A stretch of DNA of 64,000 nucleotides. Origin: Blasia pusilla (taxonomy: Eukaryota). Below the pieces are notes generated by a model. It ran no database searches, was not told the origin of the DNA, and worked only from the letters and a program-made list of their open reading frames with translations. Positions within the stretch are counted from its first letter, which is position 1, and every line of letters starts with the position of its first letter. Below, piece after piece: positions 58,401 to 64,000 of this stretch. The translations under genes and the position numbers were made by a program. Location of the stretch: assembly GCA_050084515.1 (NCBI GenBank), contig CM114271.1, forward strand, positions 2,418,001-2,482,000, read 5' to 3'.

Positions 58401-59199
58401 TATCATCTCTCAGTCCAAAATTTCTCTATTTCTTAGAATCTTAGAGTATGTGATTTTAATGGGATATTCTCAAATTTAATTTTATATCTTGGTCTTAAGA
58501 AAAATTTCTATGTAATGGGATTCATATGGAGATCAATTAAACCCTTTTTCTTTCCTCGATATTAATTTCTAATCTCATTTATAATTTACAAAGTAAGATT
58601 CTTGATTTTCTTAAAATTGCATAGTGCGATTTATCTTAGTATTTTACCTCATAAATTTAACTGTTTACCTGGAATCCACACCAAAGGCTTATCTCCTTAC
58701 TCTAGATGATGATATTGTACAAGGGTCATGTAAACATACACAAGTTACTTTTTGACTTGTAACTCTAAATGATACTTCACTAAACTATAGGAGTTATCTT
58801 CACTCTTAAGCTTGGATATACACAAACATTCCTTCTCAACCTCAACCTTATATCTTTTACACTTAAGTAAAATCTAAATAAATAAGCACATCACTTGGTG
58901 AATATGCCAACCGATTGCAAATCTATGTTAATATATGTAAGCTTTACTTCATTTGCTAAGAGTTTCTCCACAGTATGTTGATGTGCTTTATCGTTACATG
59001 AAATACGAGATTAATTTCTTACCAAATAAATACTATTAATATTATTTGCATATAGGAAAGTTGGATCAAATCAGTTTAACTCTATATCTACATGTAAATT
59101 TTTCAACCAAAGTAATTCGCATGTTAGCATGGTTGCTCCTTGTTCTATAACTTTTGTTGAAGATAAGGCAACCATGAGATGTTTCTTAGAAGTCCAACT

Positions 59200-62100
59200 T
59201 GGACTTGGAAACTAAAGTTAGTTTTTATCATTCGTTGCCCAATCTGTACAAATATATCCATTAAACTACAAAGGCTCAGAGAATGAGCAGTGAAGTCCAA
59301 ATTGAATAGTGAACTTCACATACCTCAAGATTCGTCTCACTTCATCAAGATGGACTTTTTATCGTCATTGACATTAGGTTCCAGCCGGATTGTCCCCATT
59401 TTTTCCTTACTGTTTTATGATTTGGATGACGAGACCCTGATCCAAGAAAGCGGAAGGATTGGTTTATACAAGAGTAAATTTTATCACTCACAATTTACAT
59501 ATTATCACATATTCCCTCAAATGCTACTAGTTTTTGTTTCATAAAATCATCACAAATGAAACTAGTGCTACAATTTCATATAGATAAATTTATCAAAATA
59601 AAATCAGTCTTCATTTTAGAACTAGATTTAACTATAGATAGTTGTAAAAAGTAGCTTTAGCATCTTGATATGACATGTCATTAAGTCATAAATAATGAAA
59701 TTTCATAGTTGAAATCACTTTTAAAACAAGTAGTTAATTCCACCTTTGATCCATTTAGTTCATCTAAGTTGTAAGATACAATTAAAATATGCCGAGCGAT
59801 CATCCTAATATTATCTAGCTACAAAACCAATGCTCTTGGACTTAGTTGAAAATGAAGGTGTTGGAATTGCTTCTTCTGTTACTTCATTTTCTCTCAGCTT
59901 CATACTTTGGTCCAATAACGTCAAGGTGGGCTTGCACGTTGTTATGCCAGACTTAAAAAGCTTTTCAAGATCATAGTGGATAAATTGGATGTTACCTTCT
60001 TCCTCAATATACTTAGCACCAAGAAAGAACTTGATCTATCCAAATTCTTACAATTCAAACTCTACTTGCAATTGAAATTTTCATCTTCTATATCAAGTGC
60101 TAAATGCTCGCTACGACAATTCATAATCAAATCATCGACATAGATAATGATTAGAATCATATATCCTTTAACTCTTTATAAGGAATTTGAAAGAGAAACT
60201 TGAAATCCAAGGTTCTTTTAGAATTTATTGATCTTATCATCCCAAGCTTTAAGAGCTTGTTAGAGTCCACAAGAAGGCTTTCTCATTTTGCATACTAGAG
60301 AAAGATAATTTGGATGCTCATGTGATCATATAGGATTGGACTATGTAGACTTCCTCCTTCAATTATCTATTTAGAAATACATTTTTGAAATCCATGTGAC
60401 GCATTCTCTAAGATTTGCTAGTTGCTAATGAGAATATTGACAATAAAGATAATGTTTCTTATTATCAACATGTTGGTTACAAGACTCAATATCTTATCAT
60501 AGTCCAAGCATATTCCTTTGCTAATAATAAGGCCTTGCGTCTACTAATTATAATAATACCATTGGAATTACACTTCATCTTGAACATCCATTTTCATCAA
60601 ATTTACTTCTAAATTCTTATCTTATGGAAGCTTAACCAACTTCCAATTTTGGTACTTCTTCAAGATTGCAAGCTCTTTAATGCTTCCTCCATAGGACCAT
60701 AGCTTTAACTTACTATGGCATATGAAACTTCCTCTCCAAGAGTTCTCGATTCCTACACTTAAGGAGTCTTTACCATGTATGAATTTGAAGGAGCCATGCA
60801 TGAATCTTTATACGATATAACTTATCTTGTTTGATGTTCTAAGTATAGAAGTCGAATGAGGACTACAATATTTTGCTCCATCATCTTTGAATGATTGATT
60901 ATGCATGGTGCATTGTGATTCCCTATTATGAGCAAGGTTGCATGTGGACAAAGTCCGTGTCCGTGGACATGTCCATGTCCGTCCTGAGGAAGGACTTGTC
61001 CGTATGGGTCGCACCTTTCCCTTCTTTTTCATTCCCCTTGCCTTCGTGTTCCACATTCCCCCATTTCTTCCTCCCTTCACCTCCACTCCCTCCTCCCTCA
61101 TTGCTCCCCTCATCCTTGCCTTGCCTTCCATCATTGACTAAAAGTGTGGGTCCTACCTCTTGGAACCCATGTCAATCACAAACGACTAGCCCAACACTTG
61201 CAACTAATAAAACCTCAAATATAAATTCCCCTTTTTCCTCCATAATTACTTCAAATTTTTTTTTCCTCTCAACTATTCGAGACTCATTTGCTTACTTTGA
61301 AACTAGTTTAGTTCTATAATAGAGTTAATTCTTCAGAGTTTTGGGATAAGAAAATTTTTTAATGTTGAAGGAGATGTAGATAAGTGAGGTTCATGACAAT
61401 AAATGTTTTTTTCCAAAATTATTGTTTTTAAACTATAAGCAATGAATGAGAAAAACAGAAGCATAGCTATCCCAAGGAGTAAGTTGGAAGTAGCGCAACC
61501 TTTTGAAGTGAAAAGACCACTTCTTGCAGGAACTTTGTGAGTGCAAAAAACTACTACTTTGACTTGTTATTTTTAGTCATTTTGTATGATTTCTTTATGA
61601 CTTTTTTGTAAGCTTTCTACAAGGGAGTTGTGGGTATAAAAATGACTTTGTAGATTGGAAAAATCTCATGATAGACTTGTAAAGATACGAGTAGGTTGCA
61701 AGCCACCTACTGTTGAATAACAAGTGTAAAAAAATGACACTTCCGATTTGCATCATGCTCACAAACTATGAGCCGATTTTTTTCTTCTATAGTGGAAGCT
61801 TACGATGAGTGAAGAACTTGTAAGCTTGCGATCACATTTTAAGAAAGTTGTGAATAATATAAGACTCCAAAATTGACTAAAAATATACTGGTGATTTTTT
61901 TTCATACCTTCAATTCATTTCATCAAACACCCTATCTCTACCATTGCAAAATTTCTTAGTAGAAGGATTATACCATCTATAATTGTTAAAATCTACAGCA
62001 TATCCCAGTAAAATTCATCTTTCTTCTCTTCTATCTAACTTATTAAGCTTTTCACTTGGAATATGAAAAAAGAAAATATAAGCAAATCTCTTAAGGAAGG

Positions 62101-63500
62101 AAAGATTAGGCTTGTTTTATACAGAGAGATCTTGTACTATCTTTGTATGCAATATTGCCATGGATATTCTCTATATGGGATATAGAGTACATGCAAGTGC
62201 TTTTGCCCAATATTCCTTAGGTATGTTCTTCTCATTCAACATAGCTCTTGATTTTTTTGCTATTTTTTTATTCTTTCTCTTCGCTAATCCATTTTCCTTT
62301 AGAGAATAAGTACTAATAAGTTGCCTTGGAATGCTATGTTTTAGGAAGGCATTAAACTCTCCAGAGATAAACTCATCTCGTTGATTGGAGAATGCCATGT
62401 CTAAATTTCTTTTCAACTAGATTCTTTAAATTATAGAACATGTGAAATAATTATGTTTTTTCTTCCATAAGGGATATCGATGACTTTCTAAAGAAATCAT
62501 TAATGAATGATATAAAGCCTAAGATGGCCATGGGGCATGGCGTAGAGTGCGGCATAATGCATAGCACATAGGATTTTTCATATTGTATAAATTTTGACTA
62601 CCACTCAAATTGAGTGGTAGTGAACATTTGAGATATTTGTGCATACAAGCTCTAGTATTTTAGTTGCAGGTTTACCTTTTCTTAGATTTAGTATCTTTGA
62701 TTGCTTGCCAAAATTGAAAATAAGTATAGACTCGTGAATGAGTACTAGAGGAAGTGAAAGATGGTACTCATATCAAAATATTAGAGTTTGCCAAACTCTT
62801 CAATCTCTAAGAGTTAAATATGTCCTATCTTCTTAAACCAAGTCTCCAAAACTCCAAATCTTCTTCATGTGGATTAAGTTTTCTATCCATTGTTGCTTCC
62901 ATTCTAATTATCGTAGCATCTTATTTGAATATTCTACTAGATCTACTTTCGGAAATTTTGTTGCTTGGCTTTGTATGTTGAGATGGATCAAGATTGATTA
63001 TCCATACATCTATCATAGATGCATAAATGATAATTGTAATGTAATAAACTACCTACCTTTCCCTCTTGTTCCACACTTTGACCTTTAGGTTGTTGAGTCT
63101 CATGTGGGATTTGGGTTGTCAAGGATGATAAAATTTCTAGAGTTTGGGACTGATAAGTAAGTTCTTGACGTAGTCATTATCTAGGGGGAGGGATTTAGGT
63201 CACTTGAACCTTCATAAGTCATTTTCTAACTTGTCACTTTGAATGTCGTTGTAGTGAACTACATGAATAGTATTAAAATTGGACATATATGAGTATTATA
63301 TTGTGAGATTACATGGGCACTCTTTAACCCTTGTTAGATCCTAGTTTCAAATATTTTTACCCCTTACCCTTGTTGGATCCTCATATAATTTGGTATCCAT
63401 TGGAACTCTATTATGAGTTGAATGGGACATCCTTTGATTCATGTCAAATTTTACTCTTGAAATATTTGCATTTAAAGAACAGTGGAAAAATCAATAGGAA
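59200..63500 (-). mobile_element. Highly decayed Ty1/Copia remnant
   Basis: Minus-strand residual motifs LIIIYVDD (~60130-60152), HMDFKNVFLN (~60370-60400) and integrase-like QLISTYSLKENGLAKRKN/YWAKA (62171-62416). Boundaries are approximate. Confidence 0.7.
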
Positions 63501-64000
63501 ACCTTTAGATCCATATTATAATTCCATACACTATATTTCAAAATCAATGATTCAAACTATGATGGAAGATCAATGGGATTAGAAGATCTTATTTATGTTA
63601 CCTACTATTTTCCTAACTTTTCTTTGGTCACTCTAGAAGCAAATGTATTCTGCTATATTAGTGGATTTCTATTTATTCTCTATTCCCTCTAGCCCTCATG
63701 GATTTCTATGTGCATAAGATCTAAAAAAAAAACTCCATGGGACATCCTTTGCATTCATTAGGCTCTTGTCCCCTCTTATAGATTCTTTCCATCAAATGTT
63801 AGTTTTTGCACATATGAGAATCACCAAAGTGAAAGATATGGGATACTCTTTGATCATATGAATGTGTGGATTACTTCATGTTCTATAAGGATCAAACAAT
63901 TTTATATGCATTGTGAAAGTGATTAGACATTTTTAAATCTTGGGAGCTACTTCGATGATTTATGTATGCTTCTGAAGAATCTATAACCAAATAAGAGCTA

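Noticed and set aside
62597-62621. 12-bp-arm palindrome ACTACCACTCAA-A-TTGAGTGGTAGT
   Set aside because: Short and embedded in a decayed Copia; no evidence of function.

Overview
Eukaryotic, intron-rich, TE-dense land-plant DNA; a non-seed plant is my inference from the gene and TE types. Host genes: the last four exons of a GDSL esterase/lipase (+, 107-2096); a complete 9-exon ARPC2 gene (+, 21979-26470, 314 aa); and a minus-strand spliced gene missed by the ORF track, whose exons (32008-31908, 29904-29830, 29560-29351, 28070-27984, probably also one ending at 55101) join in phase into a Mid1/NALF(FAM155)-type frizzled-like cysteine-rich domain. A probable ~23-kb intron of that gene holds a nested LTR stack: chromodomain Gypsy A (32181-54768) > Gypsy B (37708-52479) > Copia C (38273-43251), plus solo LTR D (52667-53394) in A. 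Gypsy B is the most unusual element. Between protease and RT it encodes a DNMT3-like cytosine methyltransferase (motifs I, II, IV, VIII and X recognisable; motif I lies in a 989-bp inversion), and it ends in a PHD finger. The rest is degraded Gypsy/Copia remnants, microsatellites and several hairpins, including a perfect 72-bp palindrome in ARPC2 intron 1. All assignments come from manual translation and motif recognition; no searches were run.
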